Source of the DNA: an uncultured Candidatus Saccharibacteria bacterium
GTDB lineage: Bacteria > Patescibacteriota > Minisyncoccia > Phycocordibacterales > DATGWK01
Direction of reading: 5' to 3'
Assembly: GCA_964356815.1 (NCBI GenBank)
Contig: CAYHIR010000003.1
Span: 2,198-66,197, forward strand
Length of the DNA stretch: 64,000 bases
The stretch's first letter is position 1. Each line of letters starts with the position of its first letter. Shown here in pieces: positions 11,501 through 22,163 of this stretch. The notes under the pieces were generated by a model, which ran no database searches, was not told the origin of the DNA, and was given only the letters and a program-made list of their open reading frames with translations. The position numbers were made by a program, and so were the translations under genes.

Positions 11501-12574
11501 TTAGCCGATTATTCTTTCGAGTGTCTTAACATTGTTTGAATACTTGTACGCATTTTCGATTGTTATTTCGCCAGCGCGAACTAGATCGACCAAACATCTG
11601 TTTAGATCGATCATGCCTTCGGCTGAACCTGTCTCTATTATAGTGTCTATTTCGTGAGTGCGCTTGTCGCGAATGACATTTGAGACGGCAGTGTTGTTGA
11701 TAAGTAGCTCATAGGCTGGCACTAAGCCACCAGAAACGCGTGGTACCAAACGCTGAGAAAAGATTCCGGCCAAGCTGCCTGCCAGCTGCATGCGGATTTG
11801 ATTTTGCTGAGTGGAAGGAAAAGAGTCGATGATACGCTCGATGGTTTGTGATGCGCTATTTGTGTGGAGTGTGGAAAAAACCAAGTGGCCTGTCTCGGCG
11901 GCTGTGACGGCCGCAGCCATAGTTTCTGGCTGACGCATTTCGCCGATCATCACCACATCGACATCTTGACGGAATGTACCCCAAAGCGCGGTGTGGAAAT
12001 CGGGCGTGTCGGTGCGCACTTCGCGCTGGTCGATAATGGATTTTTTCGGTTTGAAAAGATATTCGATTGGATCTTCAATGGTGATGATGTGCTCCAAACG
12101 CTCTTCATTTATAAGATCAATGAGTGCGGCGAGTGTGGTGGATTTGCCTTGGCCAGTCGGACCGACGACCAAAAAGAAGCCTTGTTGCTTTCGAGCAAAA
12201 GTGGTGAGAGCTGGCGGAAGCCCCAGCTCTTCTACTGTACGAATATGATCGGAGATGAGGCGTAGGGCGATGCTCACTGAGCCTTGTTGAATGTAGGCAT
12301 TGCCTCTAAAGCGAGAAGTGGTGTTGCTCGGCTGATAGGCGAAGTCGACCTGCTTTTTATCAGCGAAAATGGCTTTTGATTCGTCGTTGATCAGAAAATT
12401 GAGAATGCCAGCGGTATCTTCGCGAGAAAGCTCTTTCTGCTTAGCCAGCGGAATGAGTGAGCCAGAGACGCGAATCATTGGATGACGACCTTCAGAAAGA
12501 TGAATATCCGAACCATTTTCTTTTATGACAACATCCACCAGCCCCTCCATTATTTTTTTGTATTCGGTATTCAT
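11501..12574 (-). CDS. pilT: Pilus retraction ATPase PilT
   Basis: GPTGQGKSTT, TIEDPIE, GEMR, AAETGHLVFSTLHT. Confidence 0.96.
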   Translation of the reverse strand: MNTEYKKIMEGLVDVVIKENGSDIHLSEGRHPMIRVSGSLIPLAKQKELSREDTAGILNFLINDESKAIFADKKQVDFAYQPSNTTSRFRGNAYIQQGSVSIALRLISDHIRTVEELGLPPALTTFARKQQGFFLVVGPTGQGKSTTLAALIDLINEERLEHIITIEDPIEYLFKPKKSIIDQREVRTDTPDFHTALWGTFRQDVDVVMIGEMRQPETMAAAVTAAETGHLVFSTLHTNSASQTIERIIDSFPSTQQNQIRMQLAGSLAGIFSQRLVPRVSGGLVPAYELLINNTAVSNVIRDKRTHEIDTIIETGSAEGMIDLNRCLVDLVRAGEITIENAYKYSNNVKTLERIIG

Positions 12575-12597
12575 ATTTTTAATTTCTATTTTTTAAA

Positions 12598-12996
12598 TTA
12601 AGCTTCCGCGCCCAAAATTTCTAAAACTTTCGTCACCACTTCCGAAGGCGTGACCGCGGCTTTGACGATAAACCCCGCTACACCGAGCTTCTTAGCGCCT
12701 TCCACCTCAGCCTCATCTGCCTGATTGGTGAGCATTATATATTTGGCGCTTGGAGCAAGATTTTCTTGTCTGGCTTGAGCTAAAATCTGTAGACCATCCA
12801 TACCAGGAAGCACCACATCTAGAAGAACGGCGTCGGGAGTAGGAAGAGTCTCGTCTTTGAGCCTCGCCAAGGCCTCTTGGCCATTTTTGGCCACTATTAT
12901 TTCATGGCCACTTTTTGTAAATTTCGTAACATACATATTTTGGATGAAGGCGTCATCATCGACAATCAAAATCCGGAATTTCTTTTCTGTAGTCAT
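12598..12996 (-). CDS. Single-domain response regulator (receiver)
   Basis: ILIVDDD, LLDVVLPGMDG, MLT, FIVK. Confidence 0.92.
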   Translation of the reverse strand: MTTEKKFRILIVDDDAFIQNMYVTKFTKSGHEIIVAKNGQEALARLKDETLPTPDAVLLDVVLPGMDGLQILAQARQENLAPSAKYIMLTNQADEAEVEGAKKLGVAGFIVKAAVTPSEVVTKVLEILGAEA

Positions 12997-13039
12997 ACTC
13001 CAGATAATAACATGTTGAAAACTACGAGTTCAAGAAACT

Positions 13040-14785
13040 CTAAAGGCTAAGTATCTCTTCAAAAGGAATTTGCTTGTCAAAAGCTTTCAAAATGCCGTCT
13101 TCGCGCATGGTGAGCATGCCTTTTGAACGCGCGAGCTTTATAATTTCGACTTCTGTCGGATTTTTTAGAATCAGAGCTTCCATTTCTTTGTCTACTTCTA
13201 ACACTTCCATGGCCGCCACTCGGCCGCGTGTGCCTGTAGGACAATCTGGGCCTGGTGCGGCACGATACACATTTCGAGTGAAATCGATTCCCTTTTTAAA
13301 TTTCTCCGGCAAATCTTCAAATTGTTTGTCGATCATGGCCTTGGTGCTTCCGTCCATTGGCATTGGCTCGCCAGAATTTGGACAAAGCTTCACCACCAAG
13401 CGTTGGGCAACGGCGAGTGCGAGCGTTGGGGCAATAAGATACGGATCGATTTTCATATCGATGAGTCGCGAGATGACACCCACAGCATTGTTGGTGTGAA
13501 TGGTAGCAAGCACTAAATGACCGGTAAGCGATGCGTGAATGGCCAAAGCCGCCGTCTCTTCGTCTCGAATCTCACCGACCATTATAATATCTGGATCTTG
13601 GCGGAGTGTGGTGCGAAGAGCGTTGGCAAATGTGTAGCCAATTTCTGGACGAATTTGCGACTGACTGACACCTTCGACGCTGTACTCAATAGGATCTTCG
13701 AGCGAAAGAACATTAGCTTTGTCGCGGTCGAGCTCGTTCAACATTCCATATAGCGTGGTGCTTTTTCCAGAACCGGTCGGACCAGAAATGAGAATGAGAC
13801 CGTATGGCCTTTTCACAGCCTTGCGGATGGCGGCCAAATTTTTTTCACTCAAGCCGAGATCGTCGAGCGTTTTGATGCCACGCGACTGATCCAAAATACG
13901 CATCACGATCTTTTCGCCGAAATATGTTGGAAATGTGGAAACGCGGAAGTCGACCTTCCTGCCTTCGATGGTAGCCGAAAAACGACCGTCTTGCGGCTTG
14001 CGCTTTTCGTCGAGCTTCATGTTGCACAAAATTTTAATACGCGAAATGATCGACGCGTGGACATTGGCCGGAAGAACGAGGCTGGTATTTAAAACGCCGT
14101 CCACTCGAAAGCGCACGCGGATGGTGTCGCGCAAATGCTCAATATGCACATCGGACGCATTACCCTCTGTGGCATAGCGGAGAATGGTGGCGACAATTTT
14201 GGTGATTGGAGCAACTTCGACAATTTTATTATTTTTGTCTTTGGCCTCGACCATTTTATTCGAGTCTTCGCCGGGCAATTCGCCGCCAGAATCTAGGCTA
14301 AAAGAAACGCCGTCTGAGTTCGCGGTGCCAAGTTGATAAAGTGCCTTACCAACTTCTTCCGTAAGACCTTTATACATTTCCAGCACAGCCAAAAAGTCGG
14401 TTTCGGAAATTACGAAAAGTTTAAACGGCATGTCGATGCGGGAAGAAATGAAGTTGAGAGCGTCTTTGGCCTCGATATTATCTGGGTCGACAATGCCCAC
14501 CTCAAGCACGCCGTCGCGCACCTCAAGAGGCACAAAACGATAATGTTCGGCGGATTCTTCTGGCACATATGCGAGCGTCTCGGCTGGAATTGTGCGCTCG
14601 CCGAGTTCTTTCATCGGAATCTTAAAATATTCGCCAATGGTGCTCGCCACCACCTGCGGCGGAATGCCCTTTCCAGCCAAAACCTGCTCGATTGTCCTCG
14701 AAGTGTTTTTTGCTTCTTCTGTTATTGCCGTTACATCGGCCTTCTTTATTATTTTTTTCTCAACGAGTATGTCTAATTGGGTCAT
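13040..14785 (-). CDS. pilB: Pilus assembly ATPase PilB (GspE/PulE family)
   Basis: ASDVHIE, PQDGRF, GPTGSGKSTT, LRQDPDIIMVGEIRD. Confidence 0.96.
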   Translation of the reverse strand: MTQLDILVEKKIIKKADVTAITEEAKNTSRTIEQVLAGKGIPPQVVASTIGEYFKIPMKELGERTIPAETLAYVPEESAEHYRFVPLEVRDGVLEVGIVDPDNIEAKDALNFISSRIDMPFKLFVISETDFLAVLEMYKGLTEEVGKALYQLGTANSDGVSFSLDSGGELPGEDSNKMVEAKDKNNKIVEVAPITKIVATILRYATEGNASDVHIEHLRDTIRVRFRVDGVLNTSLVLPANVHASIISRIKILCNMKLDEKRKPQDGRFSATIEGRKVDFRVSTFPTYFGEKIVMRILDQSRGIKTLDDLGLSEKNLAAIRKAVKRPYGLILISGPTGSGKSTTLYGMLNELDRDKANVLSLEDPIEYSVEGVSQSQIRPEIGYTFANALRTTLRQDPDIIMVGEIRDEETAALAIHASLTGHLVLATIHTNNAVGVISRLIDMKIDPYLIAPTLALAVAQRLVVKLCPNSGEPMPMDGSTKAMIDKQFEDLPEKFKKGIDFTRNVYRAAPGPDCPTGTRGRVAAMEVLEVDKEMEALILKNPTEVEIIKLARSKGMLTMREDGILKAFDKQIPFEEILSL

Positions 14786-14799
14786 AAGACGAGCTCTGG

Positions 14800-15105
14800 C
14801 TAATTGTCGGAACCGATCGGCGCGAAAGGATTTAGACGGCCAAGTGGCTGGGTAGGAATAGGCTGAGTGTAATCTACCAAAGACTCGAAAGCTGGCTCGG
14901 ACAAAATTTCAGTATTGATATTTCTCAAAGCCTTGAGGCGATTGAGCTCGATGACGAGCTCTTGGCCCACCGCGGCCGCGGCAACTGAAGATTCACCAGA
15001 TGTAGTACTCACCGCCGCATCAGGCGCAGGCGAACGAGTAAAAGTGAAGTAGCCAGCAACTGCCACAACGACAAGACCTACAATTAAAGCGATGTTTTTA
15101 TTCAT
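14800..15105 (-). CDS. Small membrane-anchored pilus assembly protein in the PilP position
   Basis: N-terminal TM helix, C-terminal GRLNPFAP; follows pilO. Confidence 0.65.
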   Translation of the reverse strand: MNKNIALIVGLVVVAVAGYFTFTRSPAPDAAVSTTSGESSVAAAAVGQELVIELNRLKALRNINTEILSEPAFESLVDYTQPIPTQPLGRLNPFAPIGSDN

Positions 15106-15126
15106 GATAATTTATATTGCTGTGCA

Positions 15127-15660
15127 TTATTTTTTCGGAATCCAATATGTATTGAGAGTTATGGAAAAATCATAACCGGTTTTCCCTGCGGCAGATGGCT
15201 TCACAGAAAGCGAGCGCACATCCATGAGTCGCAAACTGGTTTCCAAATCTCGCAAAAAGTTTACAGCGTTGGTATATGAAGTGCTAAAATCGAAGCCAAT
15301 GGACGCGGCACTATATACTTTTGAAGATCCAGAACCTGCGGACGCCTCTGAGGTCTTCAAATTTTTTAAAGCGATGTTGTATTTAGCGGCCACACCATTT
15401 ACATCGATTACTGTGCGGATGTTGTCCATATAGCTAGGCAAAAACTTTTCTAGCTTGTCTAAATCTTCTGGTGAGAAGCTCGCGAGCTTGTTGGCCAAAT
15501 CTCCACGAACCTGCTCGAGCTCGCTTGCGACATCCAGAGCCTCATCATAATCCGCCGACTGTGCGCGAAGATCTTGTACCACACCATAGAGTGGCTGAAC
15601 CTGCCAGAAAAACAGCCCGATGGCCACAACTATTAAAATGATAGGGGTGAGATTTTTCAT
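15127..15660 (-). CDS. pilO: PilO-like protein
   Basis: N-terminal TM, coiled coil, FLRDLETSLRLMDV; synteny. Confidence 0.85.
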   Translation of the reverse strand: MKNLTPIILIVVAIGLFFWQVQPLYGVVQDLRAQSADYDEALDVASELEQVRGDLANKLASFSPEDLDKLEKFLPSYMDNIRTVIDVNGVAAKYNIALKNLKTSEASAGSGSSKVYSAASIGFDFSTSYTNAVNFLRDLETSLRLMDVRSLSVKPSAAGKTGYDFSITLNTYWIPKK

Positions 15661-15662
15661 GT

Positions 15663-16394
15663 TTATGGGTTTATCGTGCCGCCGATGGTGCCGCCAGCGC
15701 CAGCCCCAGCGCCACCGGAAGATGTGGTGGCTGCGCCAGTAGGCGGTAAGCTTTCAAGCGGCATGATAACTTCTTTCACAGGGTCGACGGGCAATGTTGG
15801 CAAAGTAGGATCGACTGTGAGGCTGTAGGCTACAGACTCTGGATAAATATCTGCTTTCACATCGAAAGTGACAATGCCTTTGTCGTTGAGAGCGAGATTT
15901 GAAATAGTAACCGCTTTTAAATTTTCATTTGTACCAAAAACATCAGATTGAAAAGCCACCGCGGCATAGCTATTGGCCTCACCCTTCATAGAAATAGAAA
16001 TTTTATTATCGTTGCCGGAGGTGTATGAGAGATCGCTAAAGCGCACTGTTTGCACTGTATTTTGCTGAAGAATAGAAAGAAAAACGGTGAAAGCTTCATG
16101 GCTAGACAAAAGCTGTTTGGCTGTGTCGAGACGTGTGCGAAGAAGAGTGAGATTTTTGGTGAGCTCTGGGTCGAACTTTTCAATTGCTTCAGCAATCTGC
16201 GCCTTCTTTTCGTCGTTTTGCTTTGTGAGAAAATATTTATAGCCAAACAAGCCGCCAAAAAGCAAAATGGCGATGACAAAAATGCCGACGGCAATCATCA
16301 TGAAAAAACTCTTTCGAGATTTTGGTCGGAAGCCACTGTCTGTCGGGATAATTGGCCTTTTTGGTACGAAACTATTCTGGAGAGTGTTGTCCAT
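15663..16394 (-). CDS. pilN: PilN-like protein
   Basis: SFVPK, TM helix, MKGEANSY..VA.Q; start at ATG 16394, 7 nt after TACAAT. Confidence 0.8.
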   Translation of the reverse strand: MDNTLQNSFVPKRPIIPTDSGFRPKSRKSFFMMIAVGIFVIAILLFGGLFGYKYFLTKQNDEKKAQIAEAIEKFDPELTKNLTLLRTRLDTAKQLLSSHEAFTVFLSILQQNTVQTVRFSDLSYTSGNDNKISISMKGEANSYAAVAFQSDVFGTNENLKAVTISNLALNDKGIVTFDVKADIYPESVAYSLTVDPTLPTLPVDPVKEVIMPLESLPPTGAATTSSGGAGAGAGGTIGGTINP

Positions 16395-16446
16395 TAAGGT
16401 AATTGTACAAGAAGAACAGGGGTAAAGAAAATGGGGACTGGTGATA

Positions 16447-16563
16447 AGAAGAACCAAACACCTTCATCGAAATGCACGGAATAAATTTTTGGTGAAATTT
16501 TTCCTCCTGCTCGGCGCCAAGCGCCTCCGCAGAGTCATTTCTCAAAAGGTGTTTGGTTCTTCT
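16447..16563 (+). repeat. Structured repeat family copy 1 (core 16474-16536 inside an 18-bp inverted repeat)
   Basis: Core matches copies at 25.2, 54.0 and 56.3 kb in reverse orientation; flanks AGAAGAACCAAACACCTT/AAGGTGTTTGGTTCTTCT. Confidence 0.9.
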
Positions 16564-16600
16564 CCTCACTAACCCACCATCTCTCAGCCCGTCGGCTTCC

Positions 16601-17710
16601 TCACTCCAGATCTTGTAGCTTCCTTAATGCCAAACCTAATGCAACGGCGAATTCGGGACCATTCTTGCGGAGAATTTCGGTGAGAAAGGCGGGTGCTTGG
16701 ACTTTGCTAAATGGATCGCCGAGGGCGACGGGTGTTTCGAGATTTTTTTGCGCGAGTTCAACAAAACCCTTCATCGTTGCCCCACCGCCCATGAGGATGA
16801 CCTTCTCCACACTCTTGTTGTGTTTACTTTGATAATTGATGAGTACGTGACGCGCTTCGGCAAAAATATAATCGAGAGTGAGAGCGATGGTGTCGGCTAA
16901 AGTTTTTTGGCCCGGATCCGCAGACCAGCCGACGGTGCGTTTCATTATCTCGGCTTGGTCGAGCGGCATATTTAAAGAAGTGGCAATGGTGGAAGTAATA
17001 TCTTGCGAGCCGCGATTGATAGTGTGAGAGTTGCGCACGATGCCGCGCTCTATTATATAAAGCTTGGTTGACGCGGCACCAAGATCGAGAATCATTACGG
17101 GCCGAGTGTTGTCGTCGAGCACGGAACGAATGGTGCTAAAAATTTCAATTTCAAAAAAACCAACATCCAAACCAGCTTTGCTGACGATAGTTTCATAGTC
17201 GCGAAGTGTATCGTTGTGAATGGCTACGAGCAAAATATCTGTCTTTGGAATAACTTTGCCCCCCACTGCTTCCACACCCGGGTCATGATCTGTCTGATCG
17301 CGCGGGATGATAGACCAGTCGAGACTCACTTCGGCGATGGGCACCGGAATATATTTTCGCGCCTCAGTGGGTACCATTTGTGCGAGCTGTTTTTCGCCAA
17401 CATTTGGCAATTCAATGATGGTCATGAGGCTAGCCGAAAAAGGAATGGCGACACCCGCCACTTTTGTGGTAGTTTTTGCTTCGCGGAGAATATCGATAAG
17501 TGCGAGTACGACTTTTTCCACCGGCAAATTTGTCGCCCGGCCAATTTCCATCTTTGTATAAGGACCAAGCGCGAGTGCGCCGTATGTTTCGAGCATGACC
17601 CGACTTCCCTGCCTGCGGAGCTGGACGATTTTGATTGCCGACGAACCGATATCCACCCCGATCACACTGCCAGAGGCTCTTTTAAATAAACTTGATAGAA
17701 AATTAGCCAT
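16601..17710 (-). CDS. pilM: Type IV pilus assembly protein PilM
   Basis: IGVDIGSSAIKIVQL, EARKYIP, LDLGA, GGGA, ALGLALR. Confidence 0.96.
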   Translation of the reverse strand: MANFLSSLFKRASGSVIGVDIGSSAIKIVQLRRQGSRVMLETYGALALGPYTKMEIGRATNLPVEKVVLALIDILREAKTTTKVAGVAIPFSASLMTIIELPNVGEKQLAQMVPTEARKYIPVPIAEVSLDWSIIPRDQTDHDPGVEAVGGKVIPKTDILLVAIHNDTLRDYETIVSKAGLDVGFFEIEIFSTIRSVLDDNTRPVMILDLGAASTKLYIIERGIVRNSHTINRGSQDITSTIATSLNMPLDQAEIMKRTVGWSADPGQKTLADTIALTLDYIFAEARHVLINYQSKHNKSVEKVILMGGGATMKGFVELAQKNLETPVALGDPFSKVQAPAFLTEILRKNGPEFAVALGLALRKLQDLE

Positions 17711-17847
17711 CTTGATAGATAGTTCAAGACAAGTATAGCACAGGGAGCGCGAGCGGATGGTGGACGAACGGCGGAAATTTGGCGCTATAAGTGGAAATTT
17801 AGTGAAAGTTAAATAAAACTTGATGCGGTTTATGGAAGAATCGCGCC

Positions 17848-18534
17848 ATGACGAAAATTTTAAGAGAAATTACACGCTTTTTCCTTTATTTGGTTGCGCC
17901 GGAAAAAGAATCCGTGCGGAAACTTTCATATGAAGAGCCGCGAGAGCTCGCGCGAATTTTACCAGCCGCGAAGCCGATTGCCTATCTGCGTGACGGCGCG
18001 CAAAATCTTTTTGCACTTTTTGCTTATAAAGATCGACGAGTAAAAGAAATAGTTTGGGAAATAAAATATCGGAAGAATTCAGCACTAGCGGAAAAGATTG
18101 GCTTTTTGCTTTTTGAAAAGATGAAAGCGCGAATACGAGCGCGAGCAGAAAATTTTAATGGGAATCCGCCGGAAATTATTCTCGCGCCGATACCCACAAG
18201 CAGTGCGCGAAGGAAAGAAAGAGGTTTTAATCAGTGCGAAGTAATTTGTGAAGCAGTGATGAAAAATGCACCGCCAGCCAGCGAAATTTTTTCTTACGAA
18301 CCTTATTTGCTAGCAAAAATAAAAAACACGCCGCATCAAGCCGATCTCACGCGCAAAGAACGACTCACAAATGTCGCCGGCTCTTTCGCTATTCCCCACC
18401 CTGAAAAAGTTTGCGGCAAAATTATTTTTATTGTCGACGATGTAATCACCACCGGGCGCACTATCGGCGAAGCAGAGGCGATGCTCATGGAGGCAGGTGC
18501 GAAAAGTGTTTATGGTTTTGCGATCGCGCATTAA
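17848..18534 (+). CDS. comF: ComF family phosphoribosyltransferase-like competence protein
   Basis: RGFNQ, R..NV.GSF, IVDDVITTG.T. Confidence 0.9.
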   Translation: MTKILREITRFFLYLVAPEKESVRKLSYEEPRELARILPAAKPIAYLRDGAQNLFALFAYKDRRVKEIVWEIKYRKNSALAEKIGFLLFEKMKARIRARAENFNGNPPEIILAPIPTSSARRKERGFNQCEVICEAVMKNAPPASEIFSYEPYLLAKIKNTPHQADLTRKERLTNVAGSFAIPHPEKVCGKIIFIVDDVITTGRTIGEAEAMLMEAGAKSVYGFAIAH

Positions 18535-18602
18535 TAAAATCGGCGCGGAGCTACAACGGCATTAGAAAAACTCCAAAAAACATGTTACGCTGACGGAGTT
18601 TT

Positions 18603-18689
18603 GGAGACGTGGCTGAGCGGCCGAAAGCGCCTCACTGCTAACGAGGTAGGGTCTAAAAGCCCTCGTGGGTTCGAATCCCACCGTCTCCG
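18603..18689 (+). tRNA. tRNA-Ser(GCT)
   Basis: GGAGACG/CGTCTCC acceptor, CT-GCT-AA loop, long variable arm, GGTTCGAATCC; CCA not encoded. Confidence 0.96.
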
Positions 18690-18703
18690 TAAATAGACTT
18701 TCA

Positions 18704-18967
18704 ATGCCAAACTCAATTTTTCTCTTGTTACCCATCGCCCTCTTTATTTTTTGGACAGGCTATGTCCTGTGGCTTTTTGTGCGAGGTTTACATGACGGAA
18801 AAGTAATGCGCAGAAATATGTTTAGCTCGGCTTTCAAATACATTCCGGGAAAAATTTTCACTCGCGCGGAAAATCCTGTAGCGTTTTGGGCTTTTATTGG
18901 GCTTTATTTTGTTTTAGCGATTTGCGGTGTCGCGGCTGTTATTTTAATTCTCATCCTACTTATTTAA
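18704..18967 (+). CDS. Small two-TM membrane protein
   Basis: Two hydrophobic helices; R.ENP..FW. Confidence 0.6.
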   Translation: MPNSIFLLLPIALFIFWTGYVLWLFVRGLHDGKVMRRNMFSSAFKYIPGKIFTRAENPVAFWAFIGLYFVLAICGVAAVILILILLI

Positions 18968-18983
18968 ATATTTTTAAGAAAAA

Positions 18984-19403
18984 TTAACCGTTTCTTGATT
19001 TCGAATCTGCATAGTAAATCATCGCGTCGTGCATAAATTTGGCGAGACCAGGCGCGATTTTGTCGTGAGTTGATCGGAAACGTTCGTCGTTTACGTACAT
19101 GTTTGCCAAGCCACGATACATTTCGAGATTTGGTTCGTAAAAATTGCGCAAACTTTCGTAATGACGACCGATGAGCTTCTGCACTTCTTCACTTTTTGGC
19201 CCTTCATTCATGCGCGACACAATGCCCTGCATAATTTTTGCGCTCTCATGTGCCATCTTGAGCATGCCAAATTTGCCGAGTTTCTTCACCCGTTCTTCCG
19301 ACTGCTTAAAAGCCTCGGTGTCGCCCCACTTATCTTTTGCCTCAGCCGCGAGTTTATCCATGTCTAGGTTGTCTAAGTTTAAATCGCCGTTTAAGTCGTT
19401 CAT
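18984..19403 (-). CDS. Stand-alone TipAS antibiotic-recognition domain protein
   Basis: EAK.KWGDTEAF.QS, GLA.MYV.DERF, PGLA.F..AM..Y. Confidence 0.88.
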   Translation of the reverse strand: MNDLNGDLNLDNLDMDKLAAEAKDKWGDTEAFKQSEERVKKLGKFGMLKMAHESAKIMQGIVSRMNEGPKSEEVQKLIGRHYESLRNFYEPNLEMYRGLANMYVNDERFRSTHDKIAPGLAKFMHDAMIYYADSKSRNG

Positions 19404-19573
19404 GTGTTTATATTTTTGCGTTTTTAAATTATGTTAAAAAGATTAAGTTTGGAAATAATGCTCTAAAATTCAAAACCGGTCAATCACTTCTCGACTCCCG
19501 ACCCCCAATTTCCAATTTCCCATTTCCCATAAGTCATTTTTGTGCTATTGTCTTCGTCAGAAAGGAACCAAAC

Positions 19574-19822
19574 ATGGACGACCAAACACCCGACAGTCCG
19601 CCTTCTGTAAAATGGCGTTACTGCGACTGCTCATGTCATCGAAGTGAGCACATTCAACACATGATGGCTTGCTGTGACGGTCAATGTCCCCACTGTGGCC
19701 ACTGGATCATCGGCTTTGATGAACACATTCGTGATCAGCATCCATCGGCACTAGCAGAGGAAATGATGTGCGGAGGAGGTGAAACACCACCCGAACAGCC
19801 ACCGCAATCCATGACAGCGTGA
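19574..19822 (+). CDS. Small Cys/His-rich putative metal-binding protein
   Basis: AAGGA Shine-Dalgarno, CDCSCH..H..ACC...CPHCGH...H....H; downstream hairpin. Confidence 0.6.
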   Translation: MDDQTPDSPPSVKWRYCDCSCHRSEHIQHMMACCDGQCPHCGHWIIGFDEHIRDQHPSALAEEMMCGGGETPPEQPPQSMTA

Positions 19823-19896
19823 GAATTGCGGACGAAACCTCGAGGACCAGCTATAATAGGCTGGTCCGCTTTCATTATCTAGCATCACCAATCTCC

Positions 19897-22140
19897 ATGT
19901 CTACCAACTCCCTTATCACAGAACACTTCCGTCTCACGCCACCCCAGAAAAAAGCCCTCGCCAAGCTCGGCCTCCACACCATAGAAGATCTACTTTACCA
20001 TTTTCCCGCGCGATATGGCACGACGGCCGAGGTACGAAGCATCGCGAGCGTAATGAGCGGCGAGGAAGTGGCTGTGTATGGGCAAATTTCTGGACTTTCG
20101 ATGCGCAAAGGCTGGGTTTCGAAAATGCCGATGGCCGAAGCCACTGTGAGCGACGAAACGGGAAAAATAAAAATTGTGTGGTTCAATCAGCCGTACTTGG
20201 CAAAAATGTTGCACGACGGCGCGCTCGTGAAAGTGCATGGGAAAATTGGGCAACGAAGAAAAAAACGCGACGCGGGCGAAGAAGTCACCGGCGAACTTTT
20301 CATGACAAACCCGGAAATTGAAGAAGTGGGTGCTCTGCCGGCGACCACGGGCAGTGATTCGCTTTTTGGGCAGGCGGCGGCGAGTTTTGGTTATCCTGTC
20401 TACCCAGAAACGCGCGGTATCACCTCGAAATGGTTTTATCATTCTGTGCAGAAAATTTTTAAATCGGGCGTGCTTGAAAAAATCGGCGCGGCGAACAGGC
20501 TGACAGGCGCGAGCAAGATGGATGCGACCGCCGCAAGCGACCCAATCCCCGCCACAATCCTCGAACAATACAATCTTCCGTCACTTCAGACGGCGATGAT
20601 TTGGATTCATGCGCCGCAAAAAGAAGGTGATGCTTTGGCTGCGCGAAAAAGATTTGCATTCGAAGAAATATTTTTCATTCAGCTTCGCAAACAAAAAGAA
20701 CGATTAGCGTACGAAAAAAAACCAGCGTTTAAAGTTTTCAAAACCGGCGTGGAAATGGAATCGTTTACCAAGCGTTTTCCATTTGCACAAACAGGCGCGC
20801 AAAAACGCACTATAGAAGATATTTTGGGCGACTTTCGCAAAGGTCATGCCATGTCGCGCTTGCTCGAGGGCGATGTGGGATCTGGAAAAACAGCCGTGGC
20901 CGCCGCTACCGTATATGCCGTCACCACAAGCAAGCCGCCCGGCCAAGATTTTGGCGCACTGCAGACGGCATACATGGCACCGACAGAAATTCTCGCCACG
21001 CAACATTTCGAATCTTTTATGCAAATGTTTGCCTATTTGGGAATTTCGATCGGCCTCATCACGGGCAGTGGTTGTAAAAAATTTCCGTCGAAAGTAAACC
21101 CGAAGCAGGCCACAGATATCTCGCGCGCTCAGCTCCTCAAATGGGTGGCGAACGGCGAAATTCCAATTCTCATCGGCACACATGCGCTCATTCAGAAGAC
21201 GGTGAAGTTTAAAAATCTCGCCTACATTATTATCGACGAACAGCATCGCTTCGGCACAGCACAACGCCAAAAGCTCCGCCGCAAAGACGACATCGCCCCG
21301 CATCTTCTTTCAATGACCGCCACGCCAATCCCCCGCACGCTCGCGCTCACTATTTATGGCGACCTCGATCTTTCTTTGCTCGACGAAATGCCGGCCGGTC
21401 GCAAACAAATAATCACCGAGGTCGTGTCGCCGGCCGAAAGCGAGCGCAAAAAAGTGTATGAAAAAATTCGCACCGAGCTTCGGGCTGGTCGTCAAGCGTA
21501 CGTGATCTGTCCACGCATCAACGAACCCGACCCAGAAAAAGAAGCGGCCGTTATTGCTAAATCGGTGACGGAAGAAGCGGAACGGTTGCGCCGAAAAATT
21601 TTTCCGGATTTTAAAATCGACATCCTCCACAGTAAAATGACGCCCGGTGCGAAAGACAAAGTGATGACAAAATTTAAAAACGGCGAGACACATATTCTCG
21701 TTGCCACTTCAGTGGTGGAAGTTGGTGTCAACGTGCCGAATGCCACGTCTATTATCATCGAAGGTGCCGAACGTTTCGGCCTCGCTCAGCTTCATCAGCT
21801 TCGTGGCCGTGTGCTTCGTAGCTCACATCAAGCGTACTGTTATGTTTTTGCCGAAACCAAATCCGAAAAAACCGCCGATCGTTTACACGCTCTAGTCACT
21901 GCCAAAAACGGTTTTGAGCTCGCCGAGTTTGATCTTTCCCAACGCGGTGCGGGTGAGCTTTACGGCCGACGACAATGGGGCATTTCGGATGTTGCGATGG
22001 AAGGCATTAGAAATATCAAGATGGTCGAAGCGGCACGTAAAGAAGCGGCACTTTTGCTCGCGAGTGATCCAAACCTCGCGAGACATCCACTAGTAAAAAC
22101 GCGGGTAGAGGCACAGAAAGAAGAAATTCATTTTGAGTAG
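19897..22140 (+). CDS. recG: ATP-dependent DNA helicase RecG
   Basis: DLLYHFP.RY, GDVGSGKT, DEQHRFG, MTATPIPRT, GLAQLHQLRGRV; start trimmed to ATG 19897. Confidence 0.97.
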   Translation: MSTNSLITEHFRLTPPQKKALAKLGLHTIEDLLYHFPARYGTTAEVRSIASVMSGEEVAVYGQISGLSMRKGWVSKMPMAEATVSDETGKIKIVWFNQPYLAKMLHDGALVKVHGKIGQRRKKRDAGEEVTGELFMTNPEIEEVGALPATTGSDSLFGQAAASFGYPVYPETRGITSKWFYHSVQKIFKSGVLEKIGAANRLTGASKMDATAASDPIPATILEQYNLPSLQTAMIWIHAPQKEGDALAARKRFAFEEIFFIQLRKQKERLAYEKKPAFKVFKTGVEMESFTKRFPFAQTGAQKRTIEDILGDFRKGHAMSRLLEGDVGSGKTAVAAATVYAVTTSKPPGQDFGALQTAYMAPTEILATQHFESFMQMFAYLGISIGLITGSGCKKFPSKVNPKQATDISRAQLLKWVANGEIPILIGTHALIQKTVKFKNLAYIIIDEQHRFGTAQRQKLRRKDDIAPHLLSMTATPIPRTLALTIYGDLDLSLLDEMPAGRKQIITEVVSPAESERKKVYEKIRTELRAGRQAYVICPRINEPDPEKEAAVIAKSVTEEAERLRRKIFPDFKIDILHSKMTPGAKDKVMTKFKNGETHILVATSVVEVGVNVPNATSIIIEGAERFGLAQLHQLRGRVLRSSHQAYCYVFAETKSEKTADRLHALVTAKNGFELAEFDLSQRGAGELYGRRQWGISDVAMEGIRNIKMVEAARKEAALLLASDPNLARHPLVKTRVEAQKEEIHFE

Positions 22141-22163
22141 CGTTATGCTATTATCTCCCCATC

